From: Pseudovirgaria hyperparasitica
Taxonomy: Eukaryota
DNA length: 63,680 nt
Assembly (NCBI GenBank): GCA_010093815.1
Contig: ML996577.1
Direction: 5' to 3' (one strand)
Shown: piece after piece, positions 20,651-33,547 of the stretch
How the letters are laid out: the number at the start of each line of letters is the position of its first letter
How positions within the stretch are numbered: the stretch's first letter is position 1
Notes under the pieces: model-generated
The model's database searches: none
Told to the model about the DNA's origin: nothing
Seen by the model: the letters and a program-made list of their open reading frames with translations, nothing else
Program-made: the position numbers and the translations under genes

Positions 20651-22581
20651 TTCGGCTGGGCTCTGTATATCCTCACACAATCTACCCACGACGGCCATTT
20701 TGTTTACATTCCCGACGTTGTTAGCAAGATCTTCAACTTTGGCCGTCCAATCCCTCTCGTGTCCGTCTCCAAGGATGGCAAGTCACTCCCAGAACCATAC
20801 GCCTATCCAGACATCCTCGCATCGTCCCTCGCCAACGCCACCTTCGAACCCTCAAAGATCGTGAAGATCAACGGAGAGGACGCGAAGACCTACCTCGAGA
20901 CCTTCAGCCAGTTTGGCTCCCTGCAAGATCGCGATGCCCTGTACAACAACATCTTCTATGAGCTCGCCATTGTGAGTCTGGGTAGCTCTGGCGCTGGCTC
21001 AGGTACCTTTACAGGAGGAGGCCGAGGACGATGGGTCTACCCTGGGCCAACCACAGAGCTGACTTTCGCAAACGGCTCTGTTGCCCAGTTCCCCAATTTT
21101 GCTCGTGTTCTTGTTCCATTCACGGGAATTCAGTCAGGTGAGGATGTATACACCCAGTACTTCTCAACGCCTGCAAACACTTCTGCCGGTATCAACATAC
21201 CAAATCAACCCGAAACCACTCCCACTCCCACGCCCACTACCGCTTCTGCCGCTGCTACACCCGCTCCCGGCTACCCACAGCCAGTTGTCCGAGCCTCCAA
21301 CAATGCGATTGGAGGATACTATCTTGAAGAGGATGGGTTTGAGGATGTTGCTGTCCTGAGCATACCAAGTTTCGGCGGTGCGGGCGGCCAAAATTCCCCA
21401 ATGGACTTCCAGACCATTGGTAGAGACTTTGTGCAAAAAGCCAAGGCCGAGGGCAAGAAGAAACTCATTGTCGACCTTTCTGCAAACGGTGGGGGAATCA
21501 TATTGCTTGGTTATGATGCCTTCAAATACCTATTCCCCAAAGCGACAGCTTTCGCTGCATCTGATCGATTTCGCATCTTTGAAGCTACAGATCTCATCGG
21601 CAAGAAGTTCTCAGACGTTGCCGGTCAGTACCCACGCACTTTGGACCCGGCTCTCGGAGAGGTCGAGGCAACCGTTGTAGCCGATATTTTCAACTACCGT
21701 TCGGATCAGAAGCCTGAGGGCGTCCCTTTTACCTCGTGGGATGATAAGAATGGACCTGTTGCAAATAAGGGTGACAAATTCACGTCTCTTATCCGTTGGA
21801 ATCTTTCAGACGTCTTGACTCCGTGAGTACATCCGATGATAGGATGAGTTGATATGTGCTAACATGTCAAAACAGCTACAACGGCGGTATCAATGCGATT
21901 TCCAACGAGCCGGTAGCGACGATGGAGCAACCATTTGCCGCTGAAGACATCGTCGTCGTCACTGACGGCTACTGTGCATCAACTTGCACAATCTTTTCCG
22001 AACTCATGCGCCAAGTCGCTGGTGTCAAATATGTTTCCTTGGGAGGCCGGGCTTTCGATGGACCTAGTCAAGCGGTGGGAGGCGTCAAGGGGACAAACAA
22101 CTTGCCCTGGCCCATCATACAACAGGAGGTCGCCCTGGTCTACAATTACTCGACCCCATCAGAAGCTCAGAAGTATGATACGACGAGCTTGATCGAATAC
22201 AATGACAACCTCCCATTTCTTCGCGCAGGTCCCATTAGCCCAAACACGAACTTCCGCGATGGAATTAGGGTCGGTGACGAGACTGGCACGCCTCTGCAGT
22301 TCGTGTACGAAGAGTCCGATTGCCGAATCTTCTACACTCCAGAGATGACGGTCGATGTTACCAACATCTGGAAAGCGGTTTACGACAGTGCTTGGGGTGG
22401 CCAAAGCCACTGTGTGGCTGGTCAGCTGGGTGGTGGTTACAGCCGTGCTCGAAAGGAGAGGAGTCCAGTCCAAAGACGGGTCAGCTGGAGGCGAGATATG
22501 AGCATTCAGGACTACCCGATGAGTGTTTTCACCGATGAGAGTGCCGTGGACTTTACTGCGGACGGCTTCATGATGCCGTAA
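20651..22581 (+). CDS. Peptidase S41 family protein, exons 2-3 (20651-21822, 21876-22581); 751 aa with exon 1
   Basis: HDGHF, KKLIVDLSANGGG and the catalytic-Ser motif TDGYCASTC. Intron 21823-21875 GTGAGT..GCTAAC..CAG. No internal stops. Confidence 0.9.
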
Positions 22582-23256
22582 TCTATTGTCGGTGTGTAGG
22601 TAGATCTAGCGAAGTCGGCCTTGTTCCAGCTTGAAGTATGAATGTCTAATGAAAGCTATCCCAAGCTTGCCATCCACAGCATATTTGGTCCAGAAAGCCA
22701 CAACCGTGTGGGAACCATAACGAATGTATGAATAAGGATGTACAAGCGGTCTGATTGGCCGACATGCATCCGCGCGGAACCGAACGAAGCCAAGCTTTTT
22801 ATACGCGCCACTGTGGTGTGATATCATCGCTACGAAACTGCGACACTTCATGGATAATTACATCCGTCTCACACATTCGAAGGGTTATGCCAACTACAGG
22901 TATCCCGTAAATATGCCATGTTCCACACTTACTGCACTCCTGCAGGGCTGTCACTTTGTGTACATCATGAGACTATCACCAGTCCTCTCGCTGTCTGTGT
23001 TGGAATGGCATATGTTCATACCTGCAACTGAATGACATCAGAACATGCTACTGTCGAGCAGCGTCACCTACGTATCGTCCGATACTCCCGATACTTATTC
23101 ACTACCGTGAATCTGCCGCTTCTCCTCTAGCCCACTGTTTTGCCTGGTCTGCTCGCTTTATAAGCGTCACAACCTCCTCTACACTCAACAAACCTTCTCC
23201 GCTTCACTGCTTCTTCAACAGACAATTAGACTAGACACTCTCTCGTGGTCACCAGC

Positions 23257-25832
23257 ATGACCTCGAAAAGCGATCAATCGCTCTCCGCCTACGGGCCTGC
23301 GCGATCAACCGTTCAAGAGAAGCCATTGACTGAAGACGAAGTCCGCAAATTCGATGCCTACTTCCGAGCCACCATGTACCTGTGTCTCGGCATGATCTAT
23401 CTGAAAGATAACCCGCTCTTACGCGAGCCGCTCAAGAAAGAGCATCTCAAGACCCGTCTTCTGGGCCACTGGGGCAGTGACGCCGGTCAGAGTTTCACAT
23501 ACATTCATTTCAACCGCCTCATCAAGAAGTACGATCTTGATGCCATCTTTATTTCCGGACCTGGACATGGTGCGCCTGCTGTCCTTTCTAACGGCTACCT
23601 CGAGGGTACATATTCGGAGGTGTATCCAGACAAGAGCGAGGATGTGGATGGCATGAGACGTTTCTTCAAGTACTTCTCCTTCCCTGGTGGCATCGGCAGC
23701 CATGCTACTCCTGAGACGCCGGGTTCGCTTCATGAAGGTGGTGAGTTGGGATATTCCATCTCCCACGCCTTTGGAACGGTGTTTGATCATCCCAATCTGA
23801 TCACTCTCACCATGGTTGGAGATGGGGAGGCCGAAACGGGACCGCTGGCTACGAGTTGGCATAGGTAAGCATATCTACAAGTCATGTGACTTACATGACC
23901 GTGGCTGATTCTTTGTAGCAATAAGTATCTGAACGTAAGAATAGTCAGTACTCTCAAGTCGAGACACTAACGATATTCTAGCCTGTCACCGATGGTGCTG
24001 TTCTTCCCGTGTTACATCTGGTATGAAGTCGCACTCTCCATGCTTTGGATCATGCTAACACCTCCAAGAATGGATACAAGATCAACAACCCAACACTTCT
24101 ATCCCGTATTTCCCATGATGAGCTCGAAATGCTGTTCAAGGGCTATGGATGGGAGCCGTTCTTTGTCGAGGGATCTGAATTCGACACCATGCATCAAGCT
24201 ATGGCAGGTACCCTCGAGACCTGCGTGAAGAAGATTCGCGAGTATCAGAAGCAAGCTCGTGACAGCAACAAAGCTTTCCGCCCACGCTGGCCTATGATCG
24301 TCCTCCGGACGCCAAAGGGCTGGACTGGGCCGCGAAAAATCAACGGCCACTACGTTGAAGGCTTCTGGCGTGCACATCAAGTCCCCATCACGGATGTATG
24401 GGAGAAACCTGAAAGCCTGAAGTTGCTTGAAGACTGGATGCGCTCATATGAACCGGATAAGCTCTTTGATGAGTCGGGGAAGCTTGTATCGGAGCTCAAG
24501 GAGTTGCCTCCTTCGGGCACCCGACGCATGTCTGCCAATCCAGTCACCAATGGTGGTACTATCAAGCGCAAGCTCAATTTGCCCGACTTTCGCGAGTACG
24601 GGCTCAAGGTACACAAGGCTGGAGCAGAGTCAGCAGGTTCCATGGCGATCTTTGCGCAGTTCCTCAAGGAGACCGTGGCGCGTAACATGGACCAGTTCCG
24701 CGTCATGGGTCCTGATGAGACACAATCGAACAAGCTTTCTGCCATCTACGAAGCTGGCAAGAAGGTTTGGCACGCTGAGCATTTCGAAGAGGATGATGAT
24801 GGCGGCGAGCTGACAGACACTGCCAACGGCCGCGTCATGGAGATTCTCTCCGAACACACCTGTGAGGGCTGGCTCGAAGGCTACGTCCTCTCCGGCCGCC
24901 ACGGTCTCTTCAACTCGTACGAGCCCTTCATCCACATCGTGACCTCCATGGTCAACCAGCACTGCAAATGGATCGAGAAATGTCTCGAAGTGCCCTGGCG
25001 TGCCAAGGTCGCCTCCCTCAACATCCTCCTCACCTCCACAGTCTGGCGTCAAGACCACAACGGCTTCACCCACCAAGACCCCGGCTTCCTCGACGTCGTC
25101 GTCAACAAATCCCCCGACGTCGTCCGCATCTACCTGCCCCCCGACGCAAACTGCCTCCTCTCCACCATGGACCACGCCCTCCGCAGCCAAAACTACGTCA
25201 ACGTCATCGTCGCCGACAAACAAGACCACCTCCAATTCCTCCCCATGCCCGACGCAATCGAGCACTGCACAAAGGGCATCGGCATCTGGAAATGGGCGTC
25301 CAACGACGCCGGCACCGAGCCCGACGTCGTCATCGCCTCCTGCGGCGACGTCCTCACCCAGGAGGCCCTCGCCGCCGTCGCCCTCCTCCGCGACCTCGTC
25401 CCGGACCTGAAAATCCGCTTCGTCAACGTCGTAGACCTCTTCAAGCTGATCTCCCCCGACGAGCACCCGCACGGCCTCAACGCAACCGAGTTCCGCGCCA
25501 TCTTCACTGACGACAGACCCGTCGTCTTCAACTTCCACTCCTACCCTTGGCTGATCCATCGTCTCACGTATCAGCGTGCGGGCGCGGCAAACTTGCATGT
25601 GCACGGGTATCGCGAGAAGGGCAATATCGACACCCCACTTGAGCTCGCCATCAGGAATGGCACCGATCGCTTCACGATTGCGATTGATGCCATTGATCGC
25701 GTCAAGGGCCTTGGCAACAAGGCTTCTGGGGCGAGGGAGGAGCTGTTGAATAGGCAGATTACGGCACGGAACTATGCCTTTCATGAGGGCATCGATCCAG
25801 ATGAGCTGAGGAACTGGAAATGGCCGTTCTAG
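23257..25832 (+). CDS. xfp: Xylulose-5-phosphate/fructose-6-phosphate phosphoketolase
   Basis: [19 protein letters not shown], ThDP motif [20 protein letters not shown]. Exons 23257-23864, 23919-23934, 23982-24020, 24069-25832. Confidence 0.95.
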
Positions 25833-26649
25833 ATTGGCTTGCAGAGATGGACTTAACTCTTTGTCGAGTGGGTGGTTTGGTGGGTGGCGCTGGGATGATG
25901 ACAAAAAGCTTGGTTTACATGAAGTTTGGGTAGCAAAGCGAGAATAAATGAGTTCATGGATGGTTCTTTGTGGTCTTACTGTTCATGCCTTCGTATATGC
26001 AGAGACATGAGACTCATGCACTTCTCCTTTCCGCACCACTACACCATACATGCTAAGTTCACATCCTATCCATGAATCTCTAAATCTCTAGCCACATTAT
26101 CTCAGTCCCCTGTATTCGCCTGGCTTCCACCACACTTCACCTCTGACACGCGAGAAGAGGACTTGTGCCATTGAAGATCAAATTATGGTTGACTGAGAGA
26201 CTGATAGACCAACACATGCAACACGCAAAGGTGAGAGCATATGTGTGAGAGAGGAGTACGGACAGAATGGGAAGTGTGCAAATGAGTGAGTAATTAATTG
26301 GGTACGGTTAGCATACAAAGTGCTATTAGATAGTTGTTTACATGTCATTTGGTTTGATACTCGGCTAGGGTCGGTATATGGAATCTGGGCGCTAGCAACT
26401 CAGCATCTGATGTTTCGATTTTATATGTAGACGGACGACGGCTCACAACGTAAGAAGCACGGCTAGCATTCGGCCGAGTAGTCTGAGCTTAAAGGTCTGT
26501 GTCATGAGATCCGTCTATTGCCTAATGCTATTCATATCGCGATGCGTGTTGTTCGCTGTCTTTAGTAATGCTAGCACCCCTTCCTTTCGGAACCGCAGTA
26601 TTATTACAAGCTTACTTCCGAGCCAGTGACCCATACGCCCGATAGTTCT

Positions 26650-27551
26650 CTACACAATCGTCTCCAGCTCCCGCGCATAGCCCAGAGTATTCTCAATAAC
26701 TGTTCCGCTGGTGACTAGGATATCATTCGCAGCATTTGCACTTTCTGCATTCTGCTGTGGGAAATAGAGTCGTCCGTCGCGAGCCACCCAGCCTCGCTCT
26801 TTGGCGAACGAAACGACCGAGCCTTCGGAGTCGAGGAACAGGAGTGATTTGGCGTCGGAGATAGGAATCGAAGCGTATGCTTTCTCAGAACAAGATGCGA
26901 TTTCGGCGCGGATGGTGCCGATAATGCTCTACATATATATTAGCCTTCAACTCTAGACGATAAGAATTCCTCAAGCCTCGGCGAGGTGATGTCAATACAT
27001 ACCTGCGAAAAAACACCAAACTCGGGGCTCGGCACTCGCTCTCTCTTTGTCGCGCCCCACACGCGGTCATAGCTTCCCTCCATGAGCGCCTGCTCTAATT
27101 TTATCGGATACTGGATATACTGGTCCTCTTCCAGGCCACCCTTTCCAGCTTGCGCTGCCGCCAACTCCAGCGTCTCTAGCAGTGTGTGAAAGCCCGCATA
27201 GTCGCCCTGGCTGAGCAGCAGGAGCAGGTAGAGGCCTGTAATCTTACTTGAATTGCTCTTCTCGCGAGCTAGGATCTGCTGAGGGAGGGAGTAGAAGGGT
27301 TGGAGTTGTTGGAAGTAGCGCTCGAAGCCCTCGGCGTCTTGCAGGCGGATGGAGATGAGGGCGCCGAGCTCGAGGGTTTCACGCGCGAGGAGGAGATGTG
27401 CTTGTGGTGTGCGTGGGCCGGGTATCAAGGCATTGAGTTTTAGAAGTGCGAGTTTGGCGCGGGAGAGGAGTGCGGGAGCGGTGGATGGGTTGGCGGCGTT
27501 GAGAGCTTGGTGTAGTTGTTTGAGCGCCGTCTGGAGCTCGTTCTCGGCCAT
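26650..27551 (-). CDS. RPN12: 26S proteasome regulatory subunit Rpn12
   Basis: ARETLELGALISIR, FERYFQQLQPFY, LEQALMEGSY and C-terminal LGYARELETIV. Intron 27002-26929. Confidence 0.93.
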
Positions 27552-29478
27552 GGCGGTCGGTGATGTGATGGTCTGGGCGGATGTAGTGGGAGTGGGAGTG
27601 TTATGGGGTCGAGCCGTAGGGGTGTTGGGGGGTTTGTGGTTAGTTCGAGATACTTGATGTCGTGTGTCTTGATACGAAGCTTCTGGTGATGATGAATGAC
27701 AATGGCGCTCCGTGTCCGTGCACGTCTGCTCTTTGGATGCCTCAGGCCAAAAGTCATGTCCACCAACGCCCGCGTAGCCTTCTAGAATGCGGTTTCTAAA
27801 ATATAGAATATTCATCTTCTGTCGAAGCACATTGAGAACACATGTGCAACGACCACGGTGGCCTCCTGCTTTTATCGATCGCAGCTCATGTCTGCCCTAT
27901 GCTTCGACCACGCCCGCGTGGGGAGTCGGATGATCAGCTGCTGAAAACGGTGTGAGACACGCGACTCGTCACTGTACAGTATGCATCGAGCTTCACATCC
28001 ATCTTATGTGCAGTCGTATGACAACGCTCACCTTCCGAACCTTCTGAACGATCTAATTTTCAGATATAGGGAGCTCCATGTTGTCCGAGATGGTGGGATC
28101 GGCAGTTACAGCAGGGACTATTGCCATATGCATTCGACACAGCTACAACTAATCATGTAGCATTCGTGAATCGCGATCGAGAAAACACCACTTATTCTTG
28201 TATGATCGGACAAACCCACAAGGATCTGTCCTCAGCCTCATCTAAACGAATACTTGATCGTAGCTCTTTGACCGCTGCAGCCCGCCGTTTTCCGTGTTGG
28301 AATATCAGGCAAATCTGATCCTGCGCTCCTGGACAATATCTCGCAGAAATAAGCTCAAGTACAAGCGAACCGAGGACCGGAGAGAGCCATCTAATCGACC
28401 AAAGAGAAGAGACCAAGTCCGACCCACCCCTGCTCTACAGGCTTATGAAGAGGAAAACCAGGCCCTCGTACCTGTTCTTCGACCACTAAAACACAATCCG
28501 GTAGCCTATTAGGGTTGTTCTACAAAGTAAAGACTGCAATTCATTCCAAATCTGGAACTCTATGGCCTCTGTCAGCGGTGTATGACCACTGATCCTCATG
28601 CATACATAATCACCAGTCTTTGGCCGAGCTGGGCTATTCATTCGAAGCATCGGCGCGATGACATACAAGTCCTAAACTTCGACAAGCTTCTGTCATCAGG
28701 CGTCTGACACTAATAAGCTTTGCAGATACTGAGACCAATGCTTACGCAGAAGGACTATCTTGCGGTGTGCGTATTCCCTGTAGATGATATGTACTGGACA
28801 GAAGGCAATTCCGTTCGAGATGTATGCTGACGCTCTGTGCTACAAAATTGATAGCCCTGGTCCATTGTGACAGGGTACACGTACTTGTACCTGTCAACTT
28901 CAACCTGTAGGGATCGCCCTACTACTTTCGTCGAATCTGACTGTGCAATTGTGTTTAGGCGGAGCCCACTGTGACCAGAGAATTTCGTTAGTAGGGCCGT
29001 TCTATACTAGAAAGTTCTCCTATGATAAGACGATTCACCTTTAGAGCTCTGTGAATTGGCGAACATGACCGTGGAAGACTGCGCTTATATTTATATACAT
29101 GATAGTATATAGATTCACCCACAGGAACCTCGGTGTTCTGTAATCTTCGTAGAGCCATGATGGAAGCCAAATTCCGTCCATGGGAGATTTATAGACCCGC
29201 AGGGCAAGGGACTTGGCACCATCTTCTTCGGTCGTGCCCATAATCAAGCTGCTTACATGCTAAACAGCACAAGGTAAAAGTTCTAGAGCAGAAGTTCTTC
29301 GATATTGATTCATAGTGGGTAGTATGCCCTCGTGCGTTCAGCAGATGAATATGCGGTCAAGAATGGCACGGATAATCATTCTCCATGTAGTTTGGACGCG
29401 TATGACCAATTCTCGACCTTTATATTGTCCCTCGAGCTTTTCATGATTGCAAGAGTCGATACTTATACGCCACCTTGA

Positions 29479-31245
29479 TCAAGCCAACTTCAGTCCATAC
29501 GTCGCAGGCTTGAACCACTCTGTTAATAGATCTTCAAGTACCTTCTCAGCAGCCCTCTTCGCCTTTTCTGCACTCCCGGCTTTGCCTTCAATGTACAGCT
29601 TAATCTTAGGTTCGGTGCCTGATCCACGTACTGTGAATCTTACCTGGGCCTCTAGAAAATGTGGCTCCAAGTCGCAGGTTATCATCTGGCTGTCCTTCGA
29701 CACTGGCAGATCAGGGACGTGGTCCTTGGTCGCTGAGTCATAGCCGGCTGTCAAGTCTCGCCAGCGTGCGATCTTATGCTTACCAAGATGCGAGGGGTGC
29801 GGAGAGCCCAGCGCACGAATCTCCGAGAAGACTGTGTTTGTTGTCTCTGGAGAGGGGGAGATGAGATATGTGTTGGCATCTTCGAAGTGGCCGTACTTCT
29901 TGAAGAGCTTTTGAAGCTTATGGTATGGCGTCTCTGCATCGTTCATCTGCCATCTAGCAACAGCGGAGAGGAAAACGGCCGCAGCACTGAGACCGTCCTT
30001 GTCTTTGACGACCTTGGGCACCATATATCCGATAGCCTCTTCGAAGGCAAAAAGAACGTGGTAGCCTTGCTCTTGCAGCTCTATTGCTTTGTTGCCGAGC
30101 CATTTGAAGCCCGTCAGTGTCTCTTGAAAATGGATGCCCTCTGCATGACTATACGCACTGAGCATCTGAGATGAGACTGTCGATGCAAGCATGGCTTGTT
30201 TCTCACTCTCCTTTGTGCCTTCATAGGTCTCGTGTACATGAGCGGCAAGGAGAATGCCTAGTTCATTTCCTGTAAATTGGTGCCATTTGCCATCAACTTT
30301 CTCGGCTACAGCAAGTCGGTCTGCGTCCGGGTCTGTTGCAAGAATGAAGTGGACTTTGGTAACATCTGCAGTTTTGATGGCGAGATCTAAAGCTCCCTTT
30401 TCTTCCGGATTAGGAAAAGGAACGGTTGGAAAGTCGCCATCGGGATAAGATTGGTCCACGACGCGGACCATGTTGAATCGCAAGTCTAGAGCATCCATTA
30501 TCTCCTCCATGAATTGCAAACCGACTCCGTGCATCGGAGTGTACGCAAATCTGGGATATACTGATGAAGGAATGTTGGGCAGAGCGGCAGCAGCGCGTAC
30601 TGCATTACAGTACTTGCGCAGTACTAAATTCAGACAGCCCTTGACTAGGAGATTATCGTCGTCGATAACAGAAGTGTCCCACGTAATCGGTTCCAGGTTT
30701 TCCTCGATCGACTTTGCGATACCAGTATCGTGCGGTGGGATGATCTGACAGCCATTCTGCCAGTATACTTTGTATCCATTGTCGGCCGCTGGGTTATGGC
30801 TTGCAGTGATAACAATACCGGCAGCAGCGTGAAGCTCGCCAACTGCGAACGGGACGAGTGGTGTTGGCGCTGGCTTCTCAAACCACCAGACCTTGATCCC
30901 CTTCGCAACAAAGGCAGCAGCAGTGAGCCTCGCAAACTGTTCCGACTTGTGGCGGGCGTCCCGACCAAGCACGATGCCCAGCTTTTGGGCTTCTGGTATG
31001 GTCTGCAAAATGTATGCAGCCAGACCTTGGGATGCCTGGATGACTGTGAGAGAATTCATTCGTGAGAATCCAGCCTCCATGCGAGCCCTGAGGCCAGCGG
31101 TGCCGAACGCGATCCGGTTGCGCAGTCGGCTCTCCAGCTCATCATGCTTGTTACCGAGAAGTAGTTTGTAAATCTCATCTCGCGTTTCTCTATCTTCGTC
31201 CAAACGCAGCCATTCCTCGGCGAGGTTCGTGATGCTTGGCGGCAT
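29479..31245 (-). CDS. Phosphoglucomutase/phosphopentomutase (PGM2/Prm15-like alpha-D-phosphohexomutase)
   Basis: FGTAGLR, catalytic TASHNP, metal loop DPDADR, FEEA and RGSGTEPKIK. Single exon. Confidence 0.92.
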   Translation of the reverse strand: MPPSITNLAEEWLRLDEDRETRDEIYKLLLGNKHDELESRLRNRIAFGTAGLRARMEAGFSRMNSLTVIQASQGLAAYILQTIPEAQKLGIVLGRDARHKSEQFARLTAAAFVAKGIKVWWFEKPAPTPLVPFAVGELHAAAGIVITASHNPAADNGYKVYWQNGCQIIPPHDTGIAKSIEENLEPITWDTSVIDDDNLLVKGCLNLVLRKYCNAVRAAAALPNIPSSVYPRFAYTPMHGVGLQFMEEIMDALDLRFNMVRVVDQSYPDGDFPTVPFPNPEEKGALDLAIKTADVTKVHFILATDPDADRLAVAEKVDGKWHQFTGNELGILLAAHVHETYEGTKESEKQAMLASTVSSQMLSAYSHAEGIHFQETLTGFKWLGNKAIELQEQGYHVLFAFEEAIGYMVPKVVKDKDGLSAAAVFLSAVARWQMNDAETPYHKLQKLFKKYGHFEDANTYLISPSPETTNTVFSEIRALGSPHPSHLGKHKIARWRDLTAGYDSATKDHVPDLPVSKDSQMITCDLEPHFLEAQVRFTVRGSGTEPKIKLYIEGKAGSAEKAKRAAEKVLEDLLTEWFKPATYGLKLA

Positions 31246-31805
31246 GACTGCACAGATTCTTCGCACAAGCAGCTATTTCAACTTCGATGGCGAGACGATA
31301 GATATGACGGAAGAAGATACGGTACGCGATTGATATTCAGATGCTGGACAGCTGCCTCATGTCAATTCATGGAGGCAGCGAAATTATGAGCCTAAGCCAC
31401 TTCCGTGCTCTTCCCTTGTTTATCGCTCAGTCAAACTGTACAACGTACGTTTTAGCACTAGTAAATCGGCCTAGATCGCAGATTCACTTCCGATGCTCTT
31501 GACAAACGCAAATATCCTATAGACTTTTGTGTTTGCTCCTGCGCTCGCAACAACCACGATTATAAAGCCCGGTTATGTATGAAGCTAGACCGGATGAGAC
31601 ATAGATCGACCTCGCAAGTCAGGACCGTACCTAAGCCAAGGTATCTACTAATATCAGATTCAGGGTCCACCGGGCGCCACCCCTCGAACAGTTATTTTGC
31701 AATGCAGGTGGATAATTCTATATTGAAGCTCTAAACCTCCCTTTCTCCTTCCTAACGACCGACAATCTCTCTCCTCCTCTGCATCCAGAAGCGCCGCTCC
31801 GCACC

Positions 31806-33547
31806 ATGGGACGTCTCCGCAATCGCGAACAGCGGGATCAACTGCTCAGTCCCCGCGAAGTCGAAAACTTGATTGCGGAGGGAAAGACTGTTATAATTGT
31901 CGATGGCAAAGTGTTGAGAGTAGATGCCTGGCTGCCGTATCATCCAGGCGGCCAGACGTCAATCAAGCATATGGTAGGAAGGGACGCAACGGACGAGGTC
32001 AACGGGTATGTATTCAGGTACTTCTGAGGAAGGGTTGGAATTGACTTTAGCCGTTTAGGTTCCACTCTCCAGAAGCGAAGCAGCGCATGTACTCATATCA
32101 AATTGGTCGCATAGAAGGACCATGGACGAACTTCCTTCCACCAATTCAGGGCGGAAAGTTCCGACGACTGAACGACTTGGATAAAGAGCAAGAGGTGGAA
32201 AACAAAGGGCATTCGGACGACGACTCGCAGCATTCACTTGATCCTTCACCCACATTCGATCCCGCCGACTGTCCAGCTTCTACCTTGAGATCACGAAATC
32301 ACGGTCTTGACCGCTCATCTTCAGCATCTTCCATATCCTCTGTCGATCTTGACGACGACATCATAAAGCCGAGACTGTCGCATTTCGACGCACGCACACA
32401 GAAAGAAATCGACTTGGACAAGGCAAAATATCCCTCACTGGACGCGGCTACGCAGGCGGCAATCGTCGAGAAATACCGCTTGCTCAACCTGCAGATTGAG
32501 GCGGAGGGGCTATATCAATGCAGATACTACTCATATGCCATCGAGGCGCTGCGATACTCCCTGCTCTTCGCAGGCTTCCTCTACTTCCTTCGGAAAGAAT
32601 GGTACGCGCTGAGTGCGCTCTTCCTGGGCATATTCTGGCATCAGCTCGCATTCACAGCGCATGACGCAGGGCATTGTGGCATCACGCACGGCTTCCACAC
32701 CGACTCTGTAATCGGCATCCTTGTCGCGGACTTTTGCGGAGGCCTGAGTCTGGGCTGGTGGAAGCGCTCGCACAACGTGCACCACGTTGTGACCAACTCG
32801 GCCGAGCACGATCCGGACATCCAGCATATGCCCTTTTTCGCCATCTCGCACCAGTTCTTCGACTCGCTGTTTTCCACCTACCACAACCGGGTCCTGACCT
32901 ACGATCGGGCGGCCCAGTTCTTCATCCAGATACAACACTTCCTGTACTATCCCATCCTCGCGTTCGGCCGCTTCAACCTCTACGTCCAGAGCTGGATCTA
33001 CCTGCTCGGCGGCCAGGCACCGCGACGCGGGCCGGCGTGGTGGCATCTATGGCTTGAGTTTGCCGGACAGGCCTTTTTCTGGACCTGGTTCGGCTACCTT
33101 GTCGTGTACAGGAGCGTGCACGGTGGCTGGAACCGGGCCCTGTTCGTCATGATCTGCCACGCCGTCACAATGCCGCTCCACGTGCAGATCACGCTCTCCC
33201 ACTTCGCCATGAGCACGGCAGACCTTGGCCCGCGGGAGTCGTTCCCGCAGAAGATGCTGCGCACGACCATGGACGTCGACTGTCCGCAGTGGCTCGACTT
33301 CTTCCACGGCGGCCTGCAGTTCCAGGCCATCCATCATCTGTATCCCCGCATCCCGCGACACAACCTGAGGAGGACGCAGAAGCTGGTGCAAGGGTTCTGC
33401 GAGGACGTCGAGATTCCGTATGCGCTGTATGGGTTTGTGGATGGGAATCGGACGGTGATTGGGAAGCTGGGCGATGTTGCACGTCAGGCGGCCATCCTGG
33501 CGGAGTGCAGGAAGTCCATCTCAGATGGTGGGATATGGGCTCACTGA
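31806..33547 (+). CDS. SLD1: Delta-8 sphingolipid desaturase with fused cytochrome b5 domain
   Basis: HPGG heme motif and His boxes HDAGH, HNVHH and QAIHH. Intron 32006-32058. Confidence 0.88.

Noticed and set aside
24630..25904. 424-aa antisense ORF over phosphoketolase
   Set aside because: Shadow of strong C-ending codon bias; no recognisable motifs.
28294..28512. Short basic ORF resembling a ribosomal protein
   Set aside because: No recognisable family motif and a non-ATG start.
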